A stretch of 64,000 nucleotides of DNA from Alkalispirochaeta sp. (GTDB taxonomy: Bacteria; Spirochaetota; Spirochaetia; DSM-27196; Alkalispirochaetaceae): contig OZ271854.1 of the NCBI GenBank assembly GCA_965601925.1, forward strand, positions 4,832,001-4,896,000, read 5' to 3'. The translations under genes and the position numbers were made by a program. Shown here piece after piece: positions 40,094 through 50,300 of this stretch. The notes under the pieces are model-generated. The model did no database searches. It was not told the DNA's origin and saw only the letters and a list, made by a program, of their open reading frames with translations. The number at the start of each line of letters is the position of its first letter. Positions within the stretch are counted from its first letter, which is position 1.

Positions 40094-41137
40094 ATGTTGT
40101 ACGACGCTATTCTCATAGGCGCCGGACCCATCGGTGTAGAGATGGCATCGGTGCTCCGTCGCGCCGATATCTCCTACGTTCATCTGGAATCGGGCCCGGT
40201 CGGCTCGGCGATCGCGCGGTGGCCGCGTAATACCAGGTTCTTCTCGAGTCCCGAGTGGATCTCATTGGCCGGCGTGCCGATCCAGTCGGTACTGCAGACC
40301 GCCCCAACCGGCGAAGACTATCTCGCGTATCTTAGATCCATCGTCGAGACTCTCGACCTGCGGATCAGAACGTACGAGCCGGTGATAGAACTGTCGGGGC
40401 ATAAAGGAGATTTTTCCGCCCGGACGCGCGATCTTGCCGGGGTCACCCACACCTATCGCGGCCGGACGGTCATTCTCGCGACCGGCGACCTCAATCGGCC
40501 TCGAATGCTCGGGGTCGACGGCGAAGACCTCCCTCACGTTACCCACTACTGGAACGATCCGCACGACTACTTTCAACGACGGCTACTGATCGTGGGGGGA
40601 AGAAACTCGGCCATCGAAGCGGCCGTCCGCTGCTGGCGCGCCGGCGCGCGCGTAACTCTCAGCTACCGACGCCGGGCGATCGACGAAGGACGAACGATAT
40701 CGCGCCTCGCCCTCGAGGCGCGGTTGCTCATCGAGAAGGGTCGCATCGACTTTTTCCCCGAGAGTCGCGTGCGGGAGTTTCGGCTCGGCGTAACGATCAT
40801 GGAGGACGAACGCGAAATTCCGACCGATTTCGCCTATCTCGCCACCGGCTACGAGATGGATTTCACGCTCTACGACCAACTCGGTATCGGTCGCCGAGGA
40901 GAGGAGGAGCGCCCGGCGTACGACCCGCAGACGATGGAAAGCAACGTGGCCGGCGCGTACGTCATCGGCACCGCCACGGGGGGCAACCAGGACCGTTTTA
41001 CCGTCTTTATCACCACCAGCCACGAACATTGCCTGCGCGCCGCACGATCGATCGCACCGAATCGGACGATTCAGGAGGCGTGGGTCGGTAACATCTCCTC
41101 ACGCGACTATCCCCTTTCCCCCTCCGACATCGAATGA
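40094..41137 (+). CDS. YpdA-like FAD/NAD(P)H oxidoreductase (thioredoxin-reductase-like, no CxxC)
   Basis: IGAGPIG, FFSSPE, ATG, VGGRNSA and TGY motifs. Confidence 0.82.
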   Translation: MLYDAILIGAGPIGVEMASVLRRADISYVHLESGPVGSAIARWPRNTRFFSSPEWISLAGVPIQSVLQTAPTGEDYLAYLRSIVETLDLRIRTYEPVIELSGHKGDFSARTRDLAGVTHTYRGRTVILATGDLNRPRMLGVDGEDLPHVTHYWNDPHDYFQRRLLIVGGRNSAIEAAVRCWRAGARVTLSYRRRAIDEGRTISRLALEARLLIEKGRIDFFPESRVREFRLGVTIMEDEREIPTDFAYLATGYEMDFTLYDQLGIGRRGEEERPAYDPQTMESNVAGAYVIGTATGGNQDRFTVFITTSHEHCLRAARSIAPNRTIQEAWVGNISSRDYPLSPSDIE

Positions 41138-41168
41138 CGGACACGGACGGCTGGGGCCGAGGCGTCGA

Positions 41169-41747
41169 CTACTCCGCCGGTGCGTCGCCCACGAAGTGCG
41201 CCGGGAGCCGCGTCTCGATCTCGCCTCGCGTAGCTCGCTTTCCCGGTGCGGCGCCGTGAACACTCGCCGTTCTTCCGGCGGTACCCCCGGCGCGTTCGAC
41301 GAGGGTCCGTATCTCCGCCTGCGTCGCCTCGGCTCCGCTGAAATCGGGATCCGCCTGCACAATGACCGAGTGGACCGTTACTCCCGAGAGATCGGCGCCG
41401 ATGAGAAAGGCGCGCACCGCAGGCGCCATCCGACTCGCCCAGATAGGGCCGACCAGGTAGAGCTCGCGCGCTCCGGTACTTCGTTCCCGAACTTCGCCCG
41501 CGTGCTGCGGCGCTCGGCGAGGAACGCGAGCACCGCTCCACGGATCGCCCACGAGTTTGGAGGCGATACCGCGACTCGCCTGGAACCCCGCACCCACAAA
41601 CCCGAGAACGCCGCGACGGCGGCTCTTCTCGGCGAGCGCGACGACGTCGGCGCTTAAACGCTCCCCGAGAAGCGTCGCCACGATCGTTCCCGTACCGTCG
41701 CGCGAGTACACGACGATCACCGCTTCATGCGATTTGTCTTCCTTCAT
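41169..41747 (-). CDS. Flavodoxin-like protein
   Basis: VVYSRDGTG phosphate-loop-like motif and VGPIWASRMAPAVRAFL. Confidence 0.65.
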   Translation of the reverse strand: MKEDKSHEAVIVVYSRDGTGTIVATLLGERLSADVVALAEKSRRRGVLGFVGAGFQASRGIASKLVGDPWSGARVPRRAPQHAGEVRERSTGARELYLVGPIWASRMAPAVRAFLIGADLSGVTVHSVIVQADPDFSGAEATQAEIRTLVERAGGTAGRTASVHGAAPGKRATRGEIETRLPAHFVGDAPAE

Positions 41748-41925
41748 CACACGGCCCCCTCTCATCGATAATGTTGTGGTTCAATACACCATAGCGCCAC
41801 CCATCGGATCTGTCACCATATCGGGAGAGGACGAAGCACACGCTATCACCGGATCGACACCGTACCGCGGTTCGGCCGCCTCACGGTCGCGACGGCGCAT
41901 CCGACGATTGCCGCGCTTGTCGCTA

Positions 41926-42825
41926 TCACGCCTTCGCGCCCGTGGACGCCGTACTCGCTCGGGAGATATAAGCGCTCCCGATGATTAACGCCCCACCGAC
42001 GACGTGCGCCGTCGTCACCCGTTCGCCGATCAAAAGCACTGCAGAGAGGGTCGTAAACACGGGAATCAATATGAGAAAGAACGATGCGCGACTTGCCGGC
42101 AAACGTTGTATCGCCGAGAGGTAGAACAGGAAGGCCACGGCGTAGGAGAGGATACCCGACACGACGGCTAATAACCACGCGCTCGGTACGGTCGCGACCG
42201 TCACATCGTACTGCGGGGAGACGATCGGCAACACGGATCGAAACGCGACAATCGCGACAAGCCCGAACAGCTGTTGGGAAGTCACCATACTCAGCGGGTT
42301 CGACGTTGCGATGAGGCGCTTACTGACGAGAGCATACGCAACGGCAAACAGTACGCCGACGAGTACCAACGCATCGCCCCAAAACGCTCCCAGCGCATCG
42401 GGCTGCAGGTCCTGCAACGATATCACCACGACGCCGAGGCTCCCCACGATCGACAGCACGAGTTGCCGCATCCGCACCGACTCGCGCAAGATAAGCATCG
42501 AGGCGACCATCGTAAGGAGTATCTCCGATGACCCGATCAGAGAGGCGTTGGTCGCCGAGGTGAGGGAGAGCCCGACGGTACCGAACAGGTAGGACAACCC
42601 CGGTTCCAACAAGCCCGGGAGACCGTGTGTAAACGAAAGAGACCGAAGTGACTTCCATCCTCGGATAGCCACGAGAGCGCTCAACAGAAAAAGCGATGAG
42701 GAGCTCAGCTGAATCGTGAGAAGCGTGAGGACATCAAAGGATTCAAGTGCGATTTTGGATAGCGTGAATCCGAATCCCCATGCGGCCGAATATATGAAGG
42801 CGGTGATCCCGGCGCTCACGGCCAC
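41926..42825 (-). CDS. DMT/EamA-family transporter
   Basis: About 10 TM helices, WGFGF..SKIAL, two EamA repeats (LILRE, LLIGE). Confidence 0.9.
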   Translation of the reverse strand: MAVSAGITAFIYSAAWGFGFTLSKIALESFDVLTLLTIQLSSSSLFLLSALVAIRGWKSLRSLSFTHGLPGLLEPGLSYLFGTVGLSLTSATNASLIGSSEILLTMVASMLILRESVRMRQLVLSIVGSLGVVVISLQDLQPDALGAFWGDALVLVGVLFAVAYALVSKRLIATSNPLSMVTSQQLFGLVAIVAFRSVLPIVSPQYDVTVATVPSAWLLAVVSGILSYAVAFLFYLSAIQRLPASRASFFLILIPVFTTLSAVLLIGERVTTAHVVGGALIIGSAYISRASTASTGAKA

Positions 42826-43343
42826 CGCCCCTCATAACATTGCTCCACCGGACAGCGCTCCCGATCGCACGCGCCCTCGTCACAGAGCCGACAGATACGA
42901 AACGTGTCGAGGTCCGTCGTTACGAGGGAGCGCAACAGCTCCTCGATGACCGACTCGAACGGTTCGCGATTTCGCTGATCGATGCGCTCGACCAGCGACA
43001 CGAGCGCCCCCTCCCGAGCGCGCAAGATCCGCCCTACCAGATCGCGCCCGACGTCGGTCAGAAAGAGGCGCGCCTCTCTTTTGTCGCTACCCGCACGCTT
43101 CTCCACCGCCCTGCGACGGTCGAGGCGTAAGATCAGACGCACCGTACCGGGATGGGACATCCCGAGGATCTGTGACACTTCGCGGATCGTGAGTCCCGGC
43201 GCGCCGCTCACCGTCACCAAAACCGACGCCTCTTCGCGAGAGACCGCAGCGCTCGCAACGGCTCGAGAAACGCGCTCCTCAATCGCAAGAGCCGCAGCTC
43301 CTAAAAGGTTGGCAAGCCGTTCGGTAGATGTATCGATACTCAT
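42816..43343 (-). CDS. MarR-family regulator with a C-terminal Cys cluster
   Basis: wHTH (SHPGTVRLILRL...DKREARLFLT..G) and C-terminal CRLCDEGACDRERCPV. Confidence 0.88.
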   Translation of the reverse strand: MSIDTSTERLANLLGAAALAIEERVSRAVASAAVSREEASVLVTVSGAPGLTIREVSQILGMSHPGTVRLILRLDRRRAVEKRAGSDKREARLFLTDVGRDLVGRILRAREGALVSLVERIDQRNREPFESVIEELLRSLVTTDLDTFRICRLCDEGACDRERCPVEQCYEGRWP

Positions 43344-43363
43344 ACTTCATACCTCGTCATTTA

Positions 43364-43378
43364 TATGCATGATGCATA
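43364..43378. promoter_or_regulatory. Palindromic operator, probably for MarR autoregulation
   Basis: TATGCAT-G-ATGCATA in an AT-rich patch 20 nt upstream of the MarR start. Confidence 0.6.
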
Positions 43379-43496
43379 CATATATTAATACCATTATTGT
43401 CGGACGGCAAGCGCGCCCCGGGACGGTCGGTGGAAGAGAGAGAGCGGCGGAGACCGACAGTGGCCGCTTGTGGTACGACGGCGGTACTTTGGGCCG

Positions 43497-44549
43497 ATGA
43501 AAGAAGACTTTGCCGAATGGGAGTACATTCTCAACGAGGGCGACGACGGCGAGACCTACGGCAGCGCTTCGTCGGCGGGGCCGGAACGAGAAGACGTTGA
43601 ACTCCTCGATGCGTATTCCCGGGCGGTCACCGGCGTATACGATCTGGTCGGTCCGACGGTAGTCTCCATTCGTGTACAGTTTAACGAACTGACCGATCGT
43701 TACCGACCGCAGCCGACCGAGGAGCCTCCCGGCGGCGCGGGCTCGGGTGTTATCGTAACTCCCGACGGTTTCATTCTCACCAACGATCACGTGGTAAACG
43801 GTGCGAAGGCGGTACAGGCGACGTTGATAGACGGGCGCACTCTACAGGCCGATGTGGTCGGGAGGGATCCCGCCACCGATTTGGCGCTTATCAAAGTGTA
43901 CTCGGCGACATTACCGGCCGCGACGCTCGGCGACTCCGATTTAGTACGTCCGGGCCAACTGGTCATTGCGTTGGGAAATCCGTTGGGGTTCCAGAACACC
44001 GTCTCCGCCGGTATCGTCTCGGCCTTAGGGCGTAGCCTCAGAGGCGAGTCGGGACGGCTCATCGAGGGCATCATACAGAGCGACGTCGCGATGAATCCGG
44101 GAAACTCCGGGGGACCGCTCGTGGACAGCTCGGGGCGCGTGGTGGGCATCAATACCGCCATCATTCGCGCCGCCCAGGGCATTAGCTTCTCGGTACCGAT
44201 CAACACCGCGCGATTCGTGCTGAGTGAGTTGATGGCACATCGTAAGGTACGGCGCGCCAAGCTCGGCGTAGAGGCGAGGAGCCGCCCCATACCGCGCCGC
44301 TTTCAGCGCGCCTTGGATCACGACGCATCGACGATCGTGGAGGTCTTGCGCGTCGAAACCGGAGGCCCCGCGGAGCGAGCCGGCGTATCGAGCGGCGATT
44401 TGATCTTCGCCGTCGATTCCGTTCACGTGGCAAACATGGACGATCTCCACCGTATTCTGGGGAGCCAAAAACCGGGCAGCGAGTTCGAGCTGCACATCTG
44501 GCGCCGTACCGGCGTCCGCCAAGTGAGCATCATCGCCGGAGAGGCGTAG
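43497..44549 (+). CDS. HtrA-like trypsin serine protease with one PDZ domain and no evident signal peptide
   Basis: GSGVI, LTNDHVV, DLALIK and NPGNSGGPL motifs. Acidic N-terminus. Confidence 0.92.
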   Translation: MKEDFAEWEYILNEGDDGETYGSASSAGPEREDVELLDAYSRAVTGVYDLVGPTVVSIRVQFNELTDRYRPQPTEEPPGGAGSGVIVTPDGFILTNDHVVNGAKAVQATLIDGRTLQADVVGRDPATDLALIKVYSATLPAATLGDSDLVRPGQLVIALGNPLGFQNTVSAGIVSALGRSLRGESGRLIEGIIQSDVAMNPGNSGGPLVDSSGRVVGINTAIIRAAQGISFSVPINTARFVLSELMAHRKVRRAKLGVEARSRPIPRRFQRALDHDASTIVEVLRVETGGPAERAGVSSGDLIFAVDSVHVANMDDLHRILGSQKPGSEFELHIWRRTGVRQVSIIAGEA

Positions 44550-44561
44550 TCCCCTACACCT

Positions 44562-45497
44562 CTATTGCGACGGATAGGCCTCCTCGTAGCGGAGCGTCGG
44601 AATATCCCATCCGGCGAGACGTGCCCCGGCGGTATAGGCGCTCTCGAAAAAGGTAAGGAGCGCGTTGCGCGGATCGTCGGCGGTGCGAAAGGTCGCGTAG
44701 GGAAAGAGCGCGAGGTGCGCGCCTCCGTTCTCTCTCCACTCCGCCCCATCCGGGGAGAGGGGCGTCTCGGCCAGATGAGCCGGTTCGGGAGCGGTGTAGG
44801 AGTAGAACATCGGCTCCGGAACCGCGGGATCGCCGGCCCAGAACCCGAAACTCACGACCTCGTGGGAGTAGGCGTCGCGGGTAACCGGATCGGCACCGCT
44901 TATCGCCGGCGCCGGTACGCCGCTAAAGCGCGTCAAGGCCAGGTCCATGCTGTGCCAGAAAAGGTGAACGGGCGATGACTTTCCCAGAAAGCGCCCACGA
45001 AACTCCTGAAAGATCGGCTCAATCCGCGTCAACACGCGAAAAAACGTCTCGACCGCTCGTCCGTCGTAGGTTCCGTGTGTCTCATCCTCGGCGAACGGTA
45101 TCGTACTGCGTACTTTGGCCTCATCAAATGGAAGCGGTAGGATCGTGCAGTGGACGTCGCACTCGGTAAGCATCGCTACGGTCCGCCGATAGAACTGCGC
45201 GATCGATCCGGCGCCCAGCTCGACCGCACGCTCAAATCCATCCGATGCGCGCAGATACAACACGTGATCGACAAAGTCGAAATCGAACTGCGCTACACCG
45301 TGGGCCGTCGGCATAGCGCGCGTCGTGAGACCGCGACTGGTGATATACAGTGGAGCGTGCCACCAGTGGTTGAGCCGCGGCTGCAGAGCCAGCCGGATTT
45401 TGCCGACGACCTGGAGCATGAGATGAAGCGTCTGATTGGTCTCCTGCCAGGAGTGATACGGTAAGTCGGGAAGCTTGGTAAACGCCGATTGTTCCAT
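44562..45497 (-). CDS. DUF5996-like protein
   Basis: TLHLMLQVVGKIRL...NHWWH, SPVHLFWHSMDLA.TRFSG and YSHEVVSFGFWAG motifs. Confidence 0.8.
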   Translation of the reverse strand: MEQSAFTKLPDLPYHSWQETNQTLHLMLQVVGKIRLALQPRLNHWWHAPLYITSRGLTTRAMPTAHGVAQFDFDFVDHVLYLRASDGFERAVELGAGSIAQFYRRTVAMLTECDVHCTILPLPFDEAKVRSTIPFAEDETHGTYDGRAVETFFRVLTRIEPIFQEFRGRFLGKSSPVHLFWHSMDLALTRFSGVPAPAISGADPVTRDAYSHEVVSFGFWAGDPAVPEPMFYSYTAPEPAHLAETPLSPDGAEWRENGGAHLALFPYATFRTADDPRNALLTFFESAYTAGARLAGWDIPTLRYEEAYPSQ

Positions 45498-45589
45498 CCG
45501 TCAAATGTACGACGCGAGGGCGGGAGAGAAAAGGACGAAAATGGGCGCATCGGCGCAATGGAGCCGCGACCGATACGCCCTACAGGGAT

Positions 45590-47084
45590 TTATACGCGAG
45601 GGTGTACGAAACCGAGAATTACGGTCGTCTCTCCCCGCACGACGCGGAATCGCACCTCGTCCTCCCCGCGTTCGGCGAGGGATGAGTAGAAATCCGCCAG
45701 CGATCCGACACCGGAGCCGTTTACCGCCGTTATCACGTCGCCGCGACGCAAACCGCTCCCCTCTGCGGCGCTGCCGCCGGTGACCGAGGCGACTACAACA
45801 CCCTCGACCCTTCTCGGCACCTCGAGCTGTTCCCGCACCTCGTCGCCCAAAGGCACGACGGCGAGGCCCGGCCACAGAAGCTCGGCACTCCCTCCGGCCT
45901 CGCCGTCTCGGAGCGTCGTTTCAATGGTGAGCGGCAGACGTTCGCCGTTGCGGACGACCACGACCTCGGACTCTTCCCCCGGGGGAAGCGATGCAACCGC
46001 GCGGACCAACTCCGAACTCGACGCTATATCCGCTCCGCCGATACCGATGATCACGTCGCCGGGCCGCACTCCCCCGGTAGCCGCGGGTGACCCGACGTGT
46101 ACACTCTGAACGAACGCGCCCGCCTCCCCTTCGCCGCCGATGTCCGCCAGGAGCTGCGGGGTCGCGTCGGAGGTCAACACGCCGAGCCACGAGTATTCGA
46201 CCTCCCCATGCTCGATGAAGTCGATGATCGCTCGTCGTGCCATATTGATGGGAATGGCGAATCCGATGCCGTCGCTGCCGCCGCTTCGGGAGGCGATCCA
46301 CGTATTGATTCCGACGACCTCACCGTCGAGATTTACCAGCGCCCCACCGGAGTTTCCTTGATTGATCGAGGCGTCGGTCTGAATGAAGTTGGTCACACCG
46401 CTCAGGCGAGATTGCGCCGGCACCGCCCTCTCCTTGGCGCTCACGATACCGGCGGTGACGGTCGACTGAAATCCCAACGGGTTGCCGACGGCAAAGACCC
46501 AATCTCCGATCTCCAACGTGTCGGCGTCGCCCAACACGGCGATCGGTATATCCTCGCCGGTCTCGAAGGAGACGAGAGCGAGGTCCGACAGCTCGTCGGT
46601 ACCCACCAACTCGCCACGGTATGATCGCCCGTCGTCGAGGACGATCTCGATTTCGTCGGCGCCGCCGGCGACGTGATGGTTGGTCAACACGTGCACAACG
46701 TCGCGATCTCGCCCGACGATGACGCCCGATCCGAGCCCGCGCTGTTGAAACTGCCGCTCCCGATTACCGCCGTTTTGGCCCGGTCGTCCGAAGAAAAAGA
46801 AGGGTTGGGACGGAACGCGCTGCGTCACGGTGTTGACCGTGTTGATCTCGACTACCACCGGAAGTGTGGCGGCCGCCACCTCTCGAAAGCGTTCCTGGAA
46901 CGCTCGCCGGTACGACGGATGTCGCCTCGATGATGGGCCGCGCCTCTTGGATGACCACGGAGTTGGGAGAGTCGTTCGAGGCGCCGAGAAGCAGCGCGCC
47001 GAGGACACCGCCGACCAGAGAGAGGGCCGCGATTCCCAAGATGTACATCATCCACACAAAACGAAACGTCGTATATCTACGCAT
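45590..47084 (-). pseudogene. DegP/Do-family serine protease (2 PDZ) split by a frameshift near 46900-46920
   Basis: The RBS (GAGGAGG), ATG 47084 and TM anchor are in one frame. FQERFREVAA, LTNHHV, NQGNSGG and the PDZ domains are in the +1 frame. Confidence 0.8.
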
Positions 47085-47128
47085 GTCTAACCTCCTCGTG
47101 TCTCGCGCTTGAACGTAGCCACGGCACC

Positions 47129-47156
47129 TTTCAGGAACGTTTCACGTGGATTTCAC
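47129..47156 (-). promoter_or_regulatory. Three direct repeats at 11-bp period upstream of degP (OmpR/PhoB-family site candidate)
   Basis: Minus strand GTGAAA-N5-GTGAAA-N5-CTGAAA, with a -10-like TACGTT at 47112-47117. Confidence 0.55.
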
Positions 47157-47398
47157 TTTTGTAAGGTTCACAAAGGGGACCGATGAGAGGAACGAAGGAG
47201 GCTACGTGCGCGTCGTGATCGGCTCGCCGAGAGCCTCTCGACGGCATCGCGCGAGTCATATCATCGGCCGTAGCGTCCGGGACGGGAATCGTGGTGCCGT
47301 AGCCGAGTCGCCACGGCGCCGATCGATACTCGAGAAATACGTCGAACGGCGGGCAGGCGGTTCGGTCTTTGTACTACACTGTAGTCTAAAGACACGCT

Positions 47399-50300
47399 AT
47401 GAACGGTATTCGAGTAAGCATTGCCCGTCGCCTTGCAGTCGCATTTGCCGTCATTATCCTCGTTACGATCGCCATAGGCTTAGTGGGGGTGTACGACTCA
47501 AGGTACCTCGCCGACATCACCGATCGACTATACGCCCATCCGTTGACGGTAAGCCAAGCGCTCTTACGCATTCGCTCCGTCGTCGACGACACTGAGCAGC
47601 GACTGGAATATCTCATATCGGCCGACGATACGACATACATTGAAGACGCGATAGCCGATCTCCAAAGGGAAAACCAGTTGGCGCTCGTGAGTTTTTACAC
47701 GCTGCGGGAGCGTTTTCTGGGAGACGTTACCCTCATTATCGAGTTTCAACGGGACTTCGTCATACTGAGTCACATCGTCGATCACATCATTGAGGACAAA
47801 CTTGCCGGACGAGAGGCGGCCGCCCGGGAGACGTTCGACGCGGCGGCCCGCGCGCAGATTTTGGAGGTAAAGGCTCACATCCCGTATCTGGTCGACTTTG
47901 CCGCCGACCGGGCGGCGGAGTTCCACACCGACGCGATCCGTACGTATCACGTGACACGCAATCAATTCATCGCTCTGTTATCCTTCGCCGTACTGGTGTG
48001 CGTCGTCATCGCCTTAACCATTACGCGCACGATCCGCCTTCCGCTCAGGGCGCTCGTCTCGTCGACCTACGACATATCCCAAGGCACCCTCGACAACACT
48101 ATCGAAACGCAACGCACCGACGAGTTCGGTGTACTCTCAGCGGCGATGCAGGAACTGCAGGTGAATTTGCGGGAGAAGGCGCGGATAGCCGAGCGCGTCG
48201 CCGAGGAGGACTTCTCGGCTACCATCGTACCCAAGAACGACCGCGATATTCTGGCGCACTCCATCAATCGAATCGTCAACAACTTTACCACGCTCCGCGA
48301 GGAGAGAGACCGTGAAAACTGGATTCGAGACGGTCGCAACGAGCTTGCCGAACTGTCGCGGCGGAGCGAGACGATCGATGAGTTGGCGGACGGCGCAATC
48401 TCATTTTTGTGTCGTTATATCGACGGCCACATGGGCCTGTTGTATGTATTCGACGAGGAGCAAAACGACCTGGAGCTGGTCGGCAAATACGCCGTACCCG
48501 GCGATACGACACTGCCGCAGCGAGTTGAGGTGGGAGGCGGACTGGTCGGCCAAAGCGTCGTGGAGGGACACGCGCTCGTACTGTCCGACGTTCCCGAAAG
48601 CTTTTACCCCATTCAGAGTGCACTGGGAACGGCGGCGGCCCAACACGCATTGGCCGTGCCGTTGTACCATAACGGGGAGCTCAAAGCGGTCGTCGAGGTC
48701 GCCTCGCTCCACCGTTTGTCCGATAACACAACGGCATTCCTGGACTCGATCACCGAATCCTTGGCCGCCTTGATTCATATCCTCCAGTCCAAGGAAAAAG
48801 TCGAGTTCTTGCTGTCCGAAGCGCAGAGTTACAACGAACGGCTCGAGGCCCAGCAGGAGGAACTCCACCTTATCAATCAAGATCTCGCGCAGCAAACCAA
48901 AGCCCTCAGGGAGTCGGAGAGTAACTTGCAGCGCGGCCAGGAGGAGCTCCGCGTCGCCAACGAGGAGCTGGAGGTACGCACGCAAGAACTCAGGGAGCAG
49001 CGCGATCTGATCAGCGAGAAAAACATCGATCTGGAGCGGGCGTGGAGAGAGGTCGACGAAAAGGCGCGGGCCTTGGAGACGACCAACCAATACAAGTCGG
49101 AGTTTCTGGCAAACATGTCCCACGAGTTGCGCACGCCGCTGAACTCCATCATCGTCTTGGCGCAACTGATGGCCGAGAGCGCCGATCTTCATCCGAAGGA
49201 ACGGGAATATGCCGACACGATTCACAGCGCCGGAGACGACCTCCTGACGCTCATCAACGATATTCTCGATCTCTCGAAGATTGAGGCCGGGAAGATGGAA
49301 ATGCGTGTCGACGAGGTCGGGATCGTCGACGTCTGCCTCGCCATGGAGCAGATGTTCGACCACGTCGCCGAGAAAAAGGACGTAGCGTTTCGCATAGATC
49401 GTCGGGACGACCTCCCGGAAGCTATCCTGACCGATCCGCTGCGTCTGAAACAGATACTCCAAAATCTCCTGTCGAACGCGTTTAAGTTTACCGAAGCGGG
49501 CGAGGTAACGCTTACGGTGCGCAACGTCATGCGGTCCGGAACTCGCGAGATTCGCGCCGTGGAGTTCGTCGTCGACGACACGGGAATAGGAATTCCCGCG
49601 GACAAACAGGAGCTGGTATTCGAGGCGTTTCAACAGGGCGACGGAACGACGAATCGCAGATACGGCGGAACGGGCCTGGGTCTTTCGATATCGCGCCAAC
49701 TCGCCGCCGCTTTGGGCGGACGGATCAGCTTCTCGAGCCTCGAGGGCGAGGGCTCATCGTTTTCACTTACGATACCCGTGGCCCATGAAGTACCGCCCGG
49801 GGAAGCGGAGCCTCGCCCCCCGGCGCACGACCGCGCACCGACGCCGAAGGTCGGTGAACGATCAAGCGAAGACGCTCGGGACGATCGCCACACACTCGGA
49901 CCGGACGATACGTCCCTGTTGATTATCGCAAGCGATACGGTATTCGCACAGCTCGTCGCTCAGGAGGCCCGGACGCGAGGCTTCAAGACGCTGCACGCCC
50001 CGGACGGCGAGACGGGCCTCCACTTTGCCGATTACTACCGTCCGAGCGCCGTTATTCTCGACGTCGATCTTCCCGGCATCGACGGGTGGGAGGTCACCGA
50101 ACGTCTACAGAAGAATCGCTTCACCGAACATATTCCCATTCACATCATCGCCGAGAAAACCGAGACGCCGGCCACCATCCCCTCCGGTGCGATCGGACAC
50201 ATTCCCAAACCGGTTACCGTCGAGTCGTTACAGCGGAGCTTTCAACGCATCGAAAAGGTACTCGACACGTCGGTAAAATACGTCCTTATCCTCGAAGCCG

